A stretch of DNA of 64,000 nt from an uncultured Leptospirales bacterium. GTDB taxonomy: Bacteria; Spirochaetota; UBA4802; UBA5550. Shown here piece by piece: positions 51,349 through 59,985 of the stretch (positions within the stretch are counted from its first letter, which is position 1; every line of letters starts with the position of its first letter). The notes below the pieces were generated by a model. That model worked only from the letters and a program-made list of their open reading frames with translations. It ran no database searches and was not told the origin of the DNA. The stretch spans positions 30,089-94,088 of the forward strand of contig CAZGWD010000002.1 of assembly GCA_964529415.1 (NCBI GenBank), read 5' to 3'. Position numbers and translations under genes: made by a program.

Positions 51349-52865
51349 GCCTGTTTCCTCTTCGCAATATATTTCATAAGAATTTCCCTGTCATCAAAAT
51401 GAATTTTATTTTTTCCGAGTATCTGGTAGTCCTCGTGGCCCTTACCTGCAACAACAATAATATCCCCGCTTTGCGCCATTTCAACAGCTTTTGCAATCGC
51501 GCTCTCCCTGTCTTCAACTGCCTCAAAATTCTTCAGGGATATGCCTGATATTATTTCGCTGATGATTGCACCAGGCATTTCAGTTCTGGGGTTGTCGCTC
51601 GTTACTATAACACAGTCGGAATTGGATGATGCGATTGATCCCATTACAGGACGCTTTGTCCTGTCGCGGTCGCCGCCGCATCCGAAAACAGTTATTATTC
51701 TCTTATGAGAAAGCTCATTCACGGACTGGAGCAGCTTCAAAAGCGCATCACCTGTATGAGCGTAATCAACAACAGCGCTGAAGCCTTCATCCGAGTGTAT
51801 CACTTCATATCTGCCTGGAACATTCTCAAGAGCGCTTAGACCTTGTGCAATAATTTTCTCATCAATACCAAGAGACGAAGCAGCGCTGAGAGCAGCAAGT
51901 GAGTTTGATACATGAAATTTCCCTGCAAGTTTAAGGTCAACTTCCATTGGAAAAGGTTTTTTCAGTTTATATGAAAGGCCTGTAATCTTATTTTCAATGC
52001 TGTCTGCATCAGGCATAAAATCCGCGTTTGAAATGCCGAAGGAATTTAGAGGAAAAGAAAAATCTTTTTTCATATCAATGATTCTTCTGCAATATTCATC
52101 ATCAGCATTGACAACAGCGCATCTGGTTTCATTTACGCCTTTATCAAGCAGAGAGAACAACTTCATCTTAGCGGAAAAATAGTCTTCCATATCAGAATGA
52201 AAATCGAGATGATCACCTGTGAGGTTCGTAAAAATTGCGCAGTTGAAATCAACATCCTCAACCCTGCCCAGTGCAAGTGCGTGTGATGAAACCTCCATCA
52301 CAACACAATCAACTCCATCTTCAAGCATATTATATAGAAGCTCCTGTATGTCACGCGACTCGGGAGTGGTGTTCGGAGCTGAAAGCGTTTTCCCTGACCA
52401 TCTGTAATTGATTGTGCCTATAACGCCGGGATTCATACCTGCTTTTTTTAAAATAGATTCAAGCATATAAGTTATAGAAGTTTTACCATTTGTTCCTGTA
52501 ACCCCTATAATATCCATTTCCACAGACGAAAAATTATAAAAAGAAGCTGCAAGTATTGACAAGGCCCTTCTTGTATCAGACGAAGTATATATTACAGTTT
52601 CAGCTGAAAGCCCAAGAAATTCATCAAGTCTTTCCGGAGAAACAACAATTGCTGATGCGCCAGCTTCAACAACATTTTTCACATATGCATGACCGTCTGC
52701 TGCAAATCCCTTCACAGCAACGAACATTGTTCCCTTGCCGGCCTTTCTTGAATCATACTCAACCGAAGAAATCTCTGCATCAGCAGGCCCTGCCGCATAT
52801 TTAATTATGCCGGACGCCGTTGCAGCAAGATATGAGGCTTTTTTATTTTTTGCTGTTTTTTTCAT
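51345..52865 (-). CDS. murE: UDP-MurNAc-L-Ala-D-Glu--2,6-diaminopimelate ligase
   Basis: GVTGTNGKTS; the DNPR motif indicates meso-DAP specificity. Confidence 0.9.
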   Translation of the reverse strand: MKKTAKNKKASYLAATASGIIKYAAGPADAEISSVEYDSRKAGKGTMFVAVKGFAADGHAYVKNVVEAGASAIVVSPERLDEFLGLSAETVIYTSSDTRRALSILAASFYNFSSVEMDIIGVTGTNGKTSITYMLESILKKAGMNPGVIGTINYRWSGKTLSAPNTTPESRDIQELLYNMLEDGVDCVVMEVSSHALALGRVEDVDFNCAIFTNLTGDHLDFHSDMEDYFSAKMKLFSLLDKGVNETRCAVVNADDEYCRRIIDMKKDFSFPLNSFGISNADFMPDADSIENKITGLSYKLKKPFPMEVDLKLAGKFHVSNSLAALSAASSLGIDEKIIAQGLSALENVPGRYEVIHSDEGFSAVVDYAHTGDALLKLLQSVNELSHKRIITVFGCGGDRDRTKRPVMGSIASSNSDCVIVTSDNPRTEMPGAIISEIISGISLKNFEAVEDRESAIAKAVEMAQSGDIIVVAGKGHEDYQILGKNKIHFDDREILMKYIAKRKQA

Positions 52866-53097
52866 TATTATCCAATAGAAATATCACATCAATATCCGAT
52901 GGAGAAATTTTTTTATAACCCTTAGACTGTGCAATTCTGCTTACAGACTGATAATTCCTAAGTTTTTCAATTTCATAAACAAGCCTGCCGTTTTTATTTA
53001 CCATTGCCCTTTCATCAGCCTGCAGCTTTCTATAGTTCATTTTAACGCGCATAACTTCAATATTCTGCCACACATATGCAACTACAAACATGCACAC
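52843..53097 (-). CDS. ftsL: FtsL/DivIC-like septum protein
   Basis: 84 aa with an N-terminal TM and a coiled coil, between rsmH and murE. Its stop overlaps the murE start by 23 nt. Confidence 0.55.
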   Translation of the reverse strand: MCMFVVAYVWQNIEVMRVKMNYRKLQADERAMVNKNGRLVYEIEKLRNYQSVSRIAQSKGYKKISPSDIDVIFLLDNNEKNSKK

Positions 53098-53136
53098 AGA
53101 AATAACTATAATAAGATATTTGATAACAGAGCTCCT

Positions 53137-54132
53137 TTAAATTTTTTCACACACCCTGAGTTTTGAGCTTCTTGATCTTTTATTTGCATCCACTTCCTCC
53201 TGCGACGGAGTTACAGGTTTTTTCGTTAAAAGCACGGCTTTTTTATCATATTTAACAGGCCGCCTTATATCCACAACATATTTTATGCCTGATTCATTTT
53301 TATCTTCCCGGTCAACTATTGAAATACCTGCAAATTTTTTAAACTTATTTTTTACTATCCGGTCTTCAAGGGAATGAAAAGATATTGCCATAATTATCCC
53401 TCCCGGCGAAAGAAGCTCAAAAGCGTCATCAAGGCTTTTTTCAATTGAAGAAAGTTCATCATTAACTTCAATTCTCAGAGCCTGAAAAACTCTTGTTGCT
53501 GGATGTATATTTTTAACATGAAATTTTTTCGGTATAGCTCTGAGTATAATTGAAGCAAGTTCTGCAGCTGTATCAATTTTCTTTATTTTTCTTTCAGCGC
53601 ATATTACTGAAGCTATTTTCTGATGCCAGGAATCCTCCCCATACTCGCGGATTATATCCGACAGATCCTTTTCGCTGTAGGAATTGACAACGTCGGAAGC
53701 AGTCAGATCCCCGTCTGCTGAAAGCCTCATATCGAGCGGCTCATCCTTTGAAAAAGTAAACCCGCGCCCGCTCTGCTCATAATGAAACGATGATATTCCG
53801 AAATCATACAACACATAATTGATTTCGCCTTTACCTGCAAGATGCTTTGAAATTTCTGAAAAATTATCGTTAATCAATTCGATCCTGTCCTTAAACGGTA
53901 CAAGCCTTTTTCTTGCTTTATTTAAAATTTCTATATCCCGTTCAAATGCAGCTATTTTTAATTCAGAAAATTTATTCAGATATAATTCCGAATGTCCGCC
54001 CTCCCCGAGAGTGCAGTCAACGAGCAAACCCCTGCCCTTAAATTCTGAATTTTCTATATAATCTGAAATCTCCTGCCAAAGTACAGGAGTGTGCGCAATA
54101 GCTGATATGTCCTTATCTGTATTATGTCTCAT
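53137..54132 (-). CDS. rsmH: 16S rRNA m4C1402 methyltransferase
   Basis: LVDCTLGEGGHSE; SAM-dependent methyltransferase fold. Confidence 0.9.
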   Translation of the reverse strand: MRHNTDKDISAIAHTPVLWQEISDYIENSEFKGRGLLVDCTLGEGGHSELYLNKFSELKIAAFERDIEILNKARKRLVPFKDRIELINDNFSEISKHLAGKGEINYVLYDFGISSFHYEQSGRGFTFSKDEPLDMRLSADGDLTASDVVNSYSEKDLSDIIREYGEDSWHQKIASVICAERKIKKIDTAAELASIILRAIPKKFHVKNIHPATRVFQALRIEVNDELSSIEKSLDDAFELLSPGGIIMAISFHSLEDRIVKNKFKKFAGISIVDREDKNESGIKYVVDIRRPVKYDKKAVLLTKKPVTPSQEEVDANKRSRSSKLRVCEKI

Positions 54133-54232
54133 TACAAATCACACCAGTTCAAAATTTTATGAACAATCGAAACTAATTCCAACTTTATTGAATACCCGGC
54201 AAGAATGTCAATAAAATGATTTTACTTTCCTG

Positions 54233-54670
54233 TTAAAAGCCAAGATCTGCAGCGAAAGCATTCATTTCATCTTTATCCGGCTTATAGCTTTCATATTCTC
54301 TCTTGCTCCAGATTTCGATTCTGTTATACAAACCCAGAATAACTGCTTCTTTGTCCAGTCCCGCATATTCAAGCAGATACGCAGGTATTGTGATTCTGCC
54401 CTGCCTGTCGAGATCACACTCGCATGCTCCGCCGAGAAGCACCCTGATTCTCATCCTGTTTTTGGGATCTGATTGCGGAAGATTAACAAGCCTGTTTGCA
54501 ACAAAATCCTTCCAGTCCTCATCCCTGAAGCCCATTATGCATTTATCAAAGCCATAGGTAATCACAAGCCTGTTTATTATAAAATTCTCACCGAAAGCGC
54601 GCCTTTGTTTAACTGGAATAGCAACTCGCCCCTTTTCGTCAAGAACCGGATGATATTCGCCCATAAACAT
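54233..54670 (-). CDS. mraZ: Transcriptional regulator MraZ
   Basis: Two SpoVT/AbrB-like repeats (LDEKGRVAIP / LDRQGRITIP). Confidence 0.9.
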   Translation of the reverse strand: MFMGEYHPVLDEKGRVAIPVKQRRAFGENFIINRLVITYGFDKCIMGFRDEDWKDFVANRLVNLPQSDPKNRMRIRVLLGGACECDLDRQGRITIPAYLLEYAGLDKEAVILGLYNRIEIWSKREYESYKPDKDEMNAFAADLGF

Positions 54671-55017
54671 AAATAGCCCAACTCACCCTTAAAACGTTTC
54701 ATTTCAACACAAAACCCCACTAAACCCCACAAATATATCATTAATATTTTTTTGTCAATAAAAAAAGGTATTCTTATGAAATAAATTATATGCCGGGGTC
54801 AGAGCCCCAACATGTAATATCCAGTGTCAGAGCATAATATTTTATAGATATTTATAGAACAGGGTCAATGCAAACCAATTCGGCGTACATTGAAAAACCG
54901 GGGCCAGAGCATATCTTATTTAAAAAACGAACTTTGATCAAATGAACTTCATTATACACAAAATATTGGTACAAATACATAGAATTTTAAATTTGGATTT
55001 ATTTCTTAAAAATATTG

Positions 55018-55046
55018 TTGACTCAAAGGGCATAACTATTAGTTTT
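55018..55046 (+). promoter_or_regulatory. Candidate sigma-70-type promoter for tRNA-Gly
   Basis: TTGACT, 16 nt spacer, then TAGTTT, about 16 nt before the tRNA 5' end. Confidence 0.3.
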
Positions 55047-55061
55047 GCAACACGCTCAAAC

Positions 55062-55132
55062 GCGGGTGTAGTTCAATGGTAGAACTTTAGCCTTCCAAGC
55101 TAATAGCGTGGGTTCGATTCCCATCACCCGCT
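55062..55132 (+). tRNA. tRNA-Gly (anticodon UCC)
   Basis: Cloverleaf: acceptor GCGGGTG/CACCCGC, D-arm GTTCAATGGTAGAAC, anticodon stem TTAGC/GCTAA with loop CTTCCAA, and T-arm GGTTCGATTCC. The CCA end is not encoded. Confidence 0.9.
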
Positions 55133-55304
55133 CATAAAATAACTTTTCTGCAGGCAATTATTCTTAGCTATTCTCAGAAACGGTCAAACAGAGTCTCTGC
55201 CGGAATATAATTTTCCTTTTTTTAAAGAATCTGAAGGCAAGCGGACGGCAGCTGAATCCCAAGATATAAACAATGATTTATTTTAAAATTTACAGCAGTT
55301 TTCT

Positions 55305-55649
55305 TTAAGCCGGTTTAAATGAAGATATCGCAGCTTCTTCTGTTTCAAAAATCTCAAACATCTCCTCGAGCTCAAGAACTTCAAAAACTATTCTTACAGC
55401 ATTGTTCATATTGCAAATTTTAATAAATTTTTTTCTTTCCTGCAATATATTTTTAACTGACATAATAATTCCAATCATAGAACTATTAAGATATTCAACA
55501 TCTTTCAAATTTAACAATAGATGTTTATCGGTTTCTAAGTTTAAAATATTTTTCATCTTATGTTCAATATCCGAAGATAAAGTAACATCAAATCGCCCTA
55601 TAAGATTCATAAGTATAACATTATCAACTATTCTTGTATTCAAATTCAT
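55305..55649 (-). CDS. STAS-domain anti-sigma-factor antagonist (SpoIIAA/RsbV-like)
   Basis: 114 aa with the STAS fold pattern (LNLKDVEYLNSSMIGIIMS). RBS GGGAGG. Confidence 0.7.
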   Translation of the reverse strand: MNLNTRIVDNVILMNLIGRFDVTLSSDIEHKMKNILNLETDKHLLLNLKDVEYLNSSMIGIIMSVKNILQERKKFIKICNMNNAVRIVFEVLELEEMFEIFETEEAAISSFKPA

Positions 55650-55662
55650 AACAGCCTCCCCA

Positions 55663-55704
55663 TGAAATAATGCATTTCATTTTATATATAGAAATGCATT
55701 ATTA
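55663..55704. promoter_or_regulatory. Perfect 13-bp inverted repeat immediately upstream of the STAS gene RBS
   Basis: AATAATGCATTTC, then a 16-nt AT spacer, then GAAATGCATTATT. Confidence 0.45.
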
Positions 55705-56627
55705 ACACATCTCCCAGTTTCCCGAATTCTCATTAATGAATATCATCGAAAATCATATTAATGTCGAAAAACTAAGAACATACATCTGCAGCAGGTTTGT
55801 CAACAACTATAAGCCGGTTATAAATTCTTAAAACGCAATCGAAATATTCCTGAATTTGATAATAATTATTGAATTAATCTCCGATAATTATATAAACAAA
55901 AGGTAAAACAATGAAAAAAATGGATAAAGCTGCAATAGAACTGCAAATGCAGGAAGTCACCTTAAAGATGATGAAGATGAATCTGATACGGGGCTCAGAA
56001 GAACATCTAAAATTGCGGGCAGAACTGCACAGGCTTCATAATCTTAAACAAGGAAATTTATAATCTTTACTCCGATTTATTTCCCCGGCTATATACCGCA
56101 TGGTAAAAAAAGTAATTTTTACAACTTCTAATCTTCCGCAATACTTTAAAGGGAAATACTTTAAAATTTCTAAAGAAAAAATAACAAAATCATAAAAAAA
56201 ATAAGTGCGGTATATCCTGATTCATTGCCTTACTTATTTTTAGGTTTATATACTCCAACCTTTTTAGCATCAGTTTGCGCCTGAGCTTTCTGTGTTGCTT
56301 TAATTTTGTCACTGTCGTGCTGTTTTTTATTCTTACCTATTGACTTGGGACTCTTGTCACCCATAGTAACTCCTCTTATTCTTTTTCATTAAAATAATAA
56401 TACTGCAAATAGAAGGAAAAGTAAAGGATTTATTTTTTACAACCAGACTCTTATCGCTTCGGCTGGATTTTCATTACTCTGAATATAACGCAAAATTCAA
56501 TAAAATCATCAAATAATATCAAACAATGTGTTTGACTTTAAAAAGAGAATATTCCTGTAATTGAAACTCAAACCAGTTTTATAGTAAAAAATTTACTGGA
56601 ATATTTTCAAATAAAGAGGAAGCAACT

Positions 56628-57566
56628 ATGAAAAAAATATTAATTCCAATTTTAATATTCATTCTGATTCTGCCTGGTATAATACTTTTTCCTCGGATTT
56701 ACAGCAAAGACAACAGCAATCTTACTGATGAAATAAAAAAATACGCAAAAGGAAATATTGTAAACATAGACGGGAAACGGGTTCATTTTGTAGAAAAAGG
56801 AAAAAACAACAAAGATACCATTATAATGATACATGGTTTTCTCTACAGCACGGTAATGTGGGAAAAAAACATTGATGCTCTTGCGCTAAAATACAGAGTT
56901 ATAGCAGTGGATCTCTGGGGCTGGGGATACAGCGAACGCCTTGATCCGAAAGATTACAACTTCGCCAATTACGCGCGCGAGATCATCGGTCTGATGGATC
57001 ATCTTAAAATAAAAAACGCTGACCTGATAGGACAATCAATGGGTGGAGCTACTTCAACATACATAGCAGCACACTTCCCTGAACGTGTAAAAAAGATTAT
57101 TCTTGTTGATCCTGCGGTTCTTCCATACAAAACAAGCATCACAGCAGACTTTTACAAACTTCCTTTTGTAGGAGAATTTCTTAATTCATTGCCTGGCGAT
57201 ATGCTTATGAAAAACAATATCCGCAAGATATTTTTTTATGACGGGAAAACCGCAACAGATGAATACTGCGCAAAAGTCATCAGGCCGTTAAGCATTCGCA
57301 ATACTCTCGAAGGAGGGATGCACGTCTTGAGAGTAACATTAAAACCGCCGCTTGTCGAGAAGGAAGCAAATAAAATAGCAGGGATGAATAAACCAGTACT
57401 AATTATACATGGCAGAGAAGATGACGATGTCCCGCTTATAAATTCTGAAAAACTCCACAAACTATGGAAAACATCCAAACTTGTTATTTTTGAAAAAGCG
57501 CGGCATAGTCCCCATGAGGAATATCCTGAAAAATTCAACAAGCTGGCTATGGAATTTTTAAAATAG
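56628..57566 (+). CDS. Alpha/beta-hydrolase fold protein
   Basis: HGF oxyanion motif (IMIHGFLYS) and nucleophile elbow GQSMGG. Confidence 0.75.
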   Translation: MKKILIPILIFILILPGIILFPRIYSKDNSNLTDEIKKYAKGNIVNIDGKRVHFVEKGKNNKDTIIMIHGFLYSTVMWEKNIDALALKYRVIAVDLWGWGYSERLDPKDYNFANYAREIIGLMDHLKIKNADLIGQSMGGATSTYIAAHFPERVKKIILVDPAVLPYKTSITADFYKLPFVGEFLNSLPGDMLMKNNIRKIFFYDGKTATDEYCAKVIRPLSIRNTLEGGMHVLRVTLKPPLVEKEANKIAGMNKPVLIIHGREDDDVPLINSEKLHKLWKTSKLVIFEKARHSPHEEYPEKFNKLAMEFLK

Positions 57567-57651
57567 CCGAATTGAATTTATCTATTCTTAAAAAAATAAA
57601 TCCGGCTTAAAAAAATTCTGCCGGATTTATTTCATACAATAATATATACGA

Positions 57652-58680
57652 TCAGTTCCCCTGAAGCAAAGAAACCTTATTGCCTATATTGGATTCTTTT
57701 TCCATTAAAATTCCTTTCTCGGTAATTATCAGGTCATTTGATGTGAACATGCCGCCTTTGCCTATTGCAACTGATGATGGAAAATCCAGTTCCCCTTTTA
57801 AAATTTCACTGACCAGTTTTCCGTTCTTATCAAGCAAAAGAAGGGAACCTTTTGCAAAATTGGCTACCACGATACCATCAACTCCTTTATAATTGCCTGC
57901 TTCAAGATCATCGAAAAGCCCTGTTTGTGAATAAAGAGTGGAAACTGTCCCTGGACGGCCGTTGATAATATCAACCTTTTTCACCATTGCCTTCAAAGTG
58001 GACATTTTAAAATCTGTGAAATATAAAGTATTATCCCTGATGGACATTCCATTCGGTGAACAGACGCCATTTGATGTTGAAAGCCAGGTCTCCTGCGAAA
58101 AATTATTTCCTGATATAGTAATCTTGACAATCTGTCCTATTGATATAAATGTTTCATCTGCAATATAAAGATTTCCTGCATTGTCGGAAGCCATGCCATT
58201 CGGCAGAAACATATTCTTCAAAGTATATACAGGTAAAAAAGTTAGCGAGGTTTGAGTCAGATCAGCGCGCAGAAGTTCTTTATTCATTATTAAATCGCTG
58301 AAAGTATTAAATAAATACTGCGCAAGACCCTGCTGAAGAAGATTTGCCAGATTAAATGTCTGCGCAGGTTTTATTCTGTATGTTGAACGAATTACATATA
58401 AATAATTTCCAACCTGAGCCATGCCGAGAAATTCCGAATTTACAGTGTGCAGAACCAGCTCAGCTCCCCTGGCGTTTGTATATTCATAAACGTGCTCTGA
58501 CGCAGTAATAAAAAGGCGTCCATCAGATGTAAACAGAAGATTTTCCGCATCCGGAATATTATCAGCAAGAGTGCCTAATTTGTCATTGCAACCTGTTAAA
58601 GCCAGCATCGAAACAGAAACAAGAAGTACTAAAATAAATTTTGTTACATTCCGGGAAACAGCAAACCTGATTGAATTCAT
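57652..58680 (-). CDS. SMP-30/gluconolactonase/LRE-like six-bladed beta-propeller lipoprotein
   Basis: Lipobox (ALTGC) and repeated PNG...D propeller motifs (PNGMASDNAGNLYIAD, PNGMSIRDNTLYFTD). Confidence 0.5.
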   Translation of the reverse strand: MNSIRFAVSRNVTKFILVLLVSVSMLALTGCNDKLGTLADNIPDAENLLFTSDGRLFITASEHVYEYTNARGAELVLHTVNSEFLGMAQVGNYLYVIRSTYRIKPAQTFNLANLLQQGLAQYLFNTFSDLIMNKELLRADLTQTSLTFLPVYTLKNMFLPNGMASDNAGNLYIADETFISIGQIVKITISGNNFSQETWLSTSNGVCSPNGMSIRDNTLYFTDFKMSTLKAMVKKVDIINGRPGTVSTLYSQTGLFDDLEAGNYKGVDGIVVANFAKGSLLLLDKNGKLVSEILKGELDFPSSVAIGKGGMFTSNDLIITEKGILMEKESNIGNKVSLLQGN

Positions 58681-58854
58681 ATTATTTTATTCTCCATGAA
58701 AATTAATTATTATTTCAAAAAACCGTCCGGTCGGTTTTAGATTTAGGAGAAAGTTTTATTATTGTCAAGTAGAATATTTTTTACAGGGGTTATATTTAAA
58801 AATGAGATCAAGAAATGAAATTCATTATTATTTAAAATTTTTTGTGTAAGAAAA

Positions 58855-58968
58855 GGAGATATAGAGATGGACGAGATATGGAGATAACGGAATAAACAGA
58901 AAAATTATATACAATATGATGTAGTTTTTATTAATATCTCCCCGATCTCTTTACATCCCCATATCTCC
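58855..58968. repeat. About 115-bp element with 31-bp imperfect terminal inverted repeats (MITE-like long hairpin)
   Basis: GGAGATATAGAGATGGACGAGATATGGAGAT and ATCTCCCCGATCTCTTTACATCCCCATATCTCC (reverse complement GGAGATATGGGGATGTAAAGAGATCGGGGAGAT) flank a 50-bp AT-rich core. Confidence 0.45.
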
Positions 58969-59043
58969 AAATTTTACACATTTCTCAACCTAATGCCATT
59001 GCTTTTTTAAAAGCAGTGCCCGATATAAAAACAAATAACAAAA

Positions 59044-59634
59044 TCATGGTTTAATTAATATTTTATCCGGATTAAGGAAAAACATTTTAAGAAATCCCAT
59101 ATTTTTAAATTCGAACTTCCATAAATGCGGCAGTATTGAAAAAACAGTATAATGCAGATGGGGACAGTCTGATGTTCCGGTATTGCCTACATAACCGATA
59201 ACTGTGCCTCTGAATACAAAAGGATTAATTCTCCGGGCATGGCTGTTCAAATGCCCGTATAGATGCACACGCAATTTAGGGCTTACCATTAAAATAGCCT
59301 TTCCGTAAATACCGAGCCATCCCTTATATAAAATGATCCCGTTTGCAGATGCAATTATTGGAGTTCCTTCATCTGCGATGATATCAATCCCTTTATGCTT
59401 GTAGTATTTTGTGCACCAGGGGCAGTCCCAGAAAAAATCAGCATTCCAGTTATACGGCTGCGCTCCCTTAACAGGAATAATTGTTTTTTCCGGACAGGCA
59501 TAAAACCATACAAGTGAAATTGCAATTATTGACGGAATAAAAAACCTGGATTTTTTAAACAGCAAAAAGTGCAGCTTAAGATCGAAATTAATTTTCCAGC
59601 TTCTTTTAACAGATATATGTTTTGATCGATTCAT
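59044..59634 (-). CDS. M23-family (LytM-type) metallopeptidase
   Basis: HKGIDI...D...(N)TGTSDCPHLHY (HxxxD and HxH motifs). N-terminal TM. Confidence 0.7.
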   Translation of the reverse strand: MNRSKHISVKRSWKINFDLKLHFLLFKKSRFFIPSIIAISLVWFYACPEKTIIPVKGAQPYNWNADFFWDCPWCTKYYKHKGIDIIADEGTPIIASANGIILYKGWLGIYGKAILMVSPKLRVHLYGHLNSHARRINPFVFRGTVIGYVGNTGTSDCPHLHYTVFSILPHLWKFEFKNMGFLKMFFLNPDKILIKP

Positions 59635-59985
59635 TTAATATTTTTCATTTCTGTAAATTTATATCGGTATTAGATTTAAATATTAATCAACACTCTACTT
59701 TAGTTTATCGCTCAACTCTGATATTCATCATGATCAATTACAAAACACACGGTCTTGCTGCTTACAAATTTACTATGCTCAACATAAAAATTTAATGCAT
59801 GATTTGGCGAATTTCCCTGAGCCTGTATTTTTTATCAAGGAAAAATAAATTTTCATTTTCTCATCTTACGCAATTTGATAAATTATCAAGCCTGCCTTTA
59901 AAAATCTTTTTTTATTGACTTTTAAAACTTATAGTACCCGATTAATTATTAATGCATTTCATCCATAAAACATCCGGAGGATTCC

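Noticed and set aside
55909-56061. 50-aa plus-strand ORF (MKKMDKAAIELQMQEVTLKMMKMNL...) with a plausible RBS
   Set aside because: It is below the track threshold and has no recognisable family. It could be a real coiled-coil micro-protein, but the evidence is insufficient.
56229-56364. Minus-strand small ORF with a strong SD (AAGAGGAG), initially read as a 44-aa basic protein
   Set aside because: Careful translation hits TGA after 31 codons (MGDKSPKSIGKNKKQHDSDKIKATQKAQGAN). It is too short and unsupported to call.
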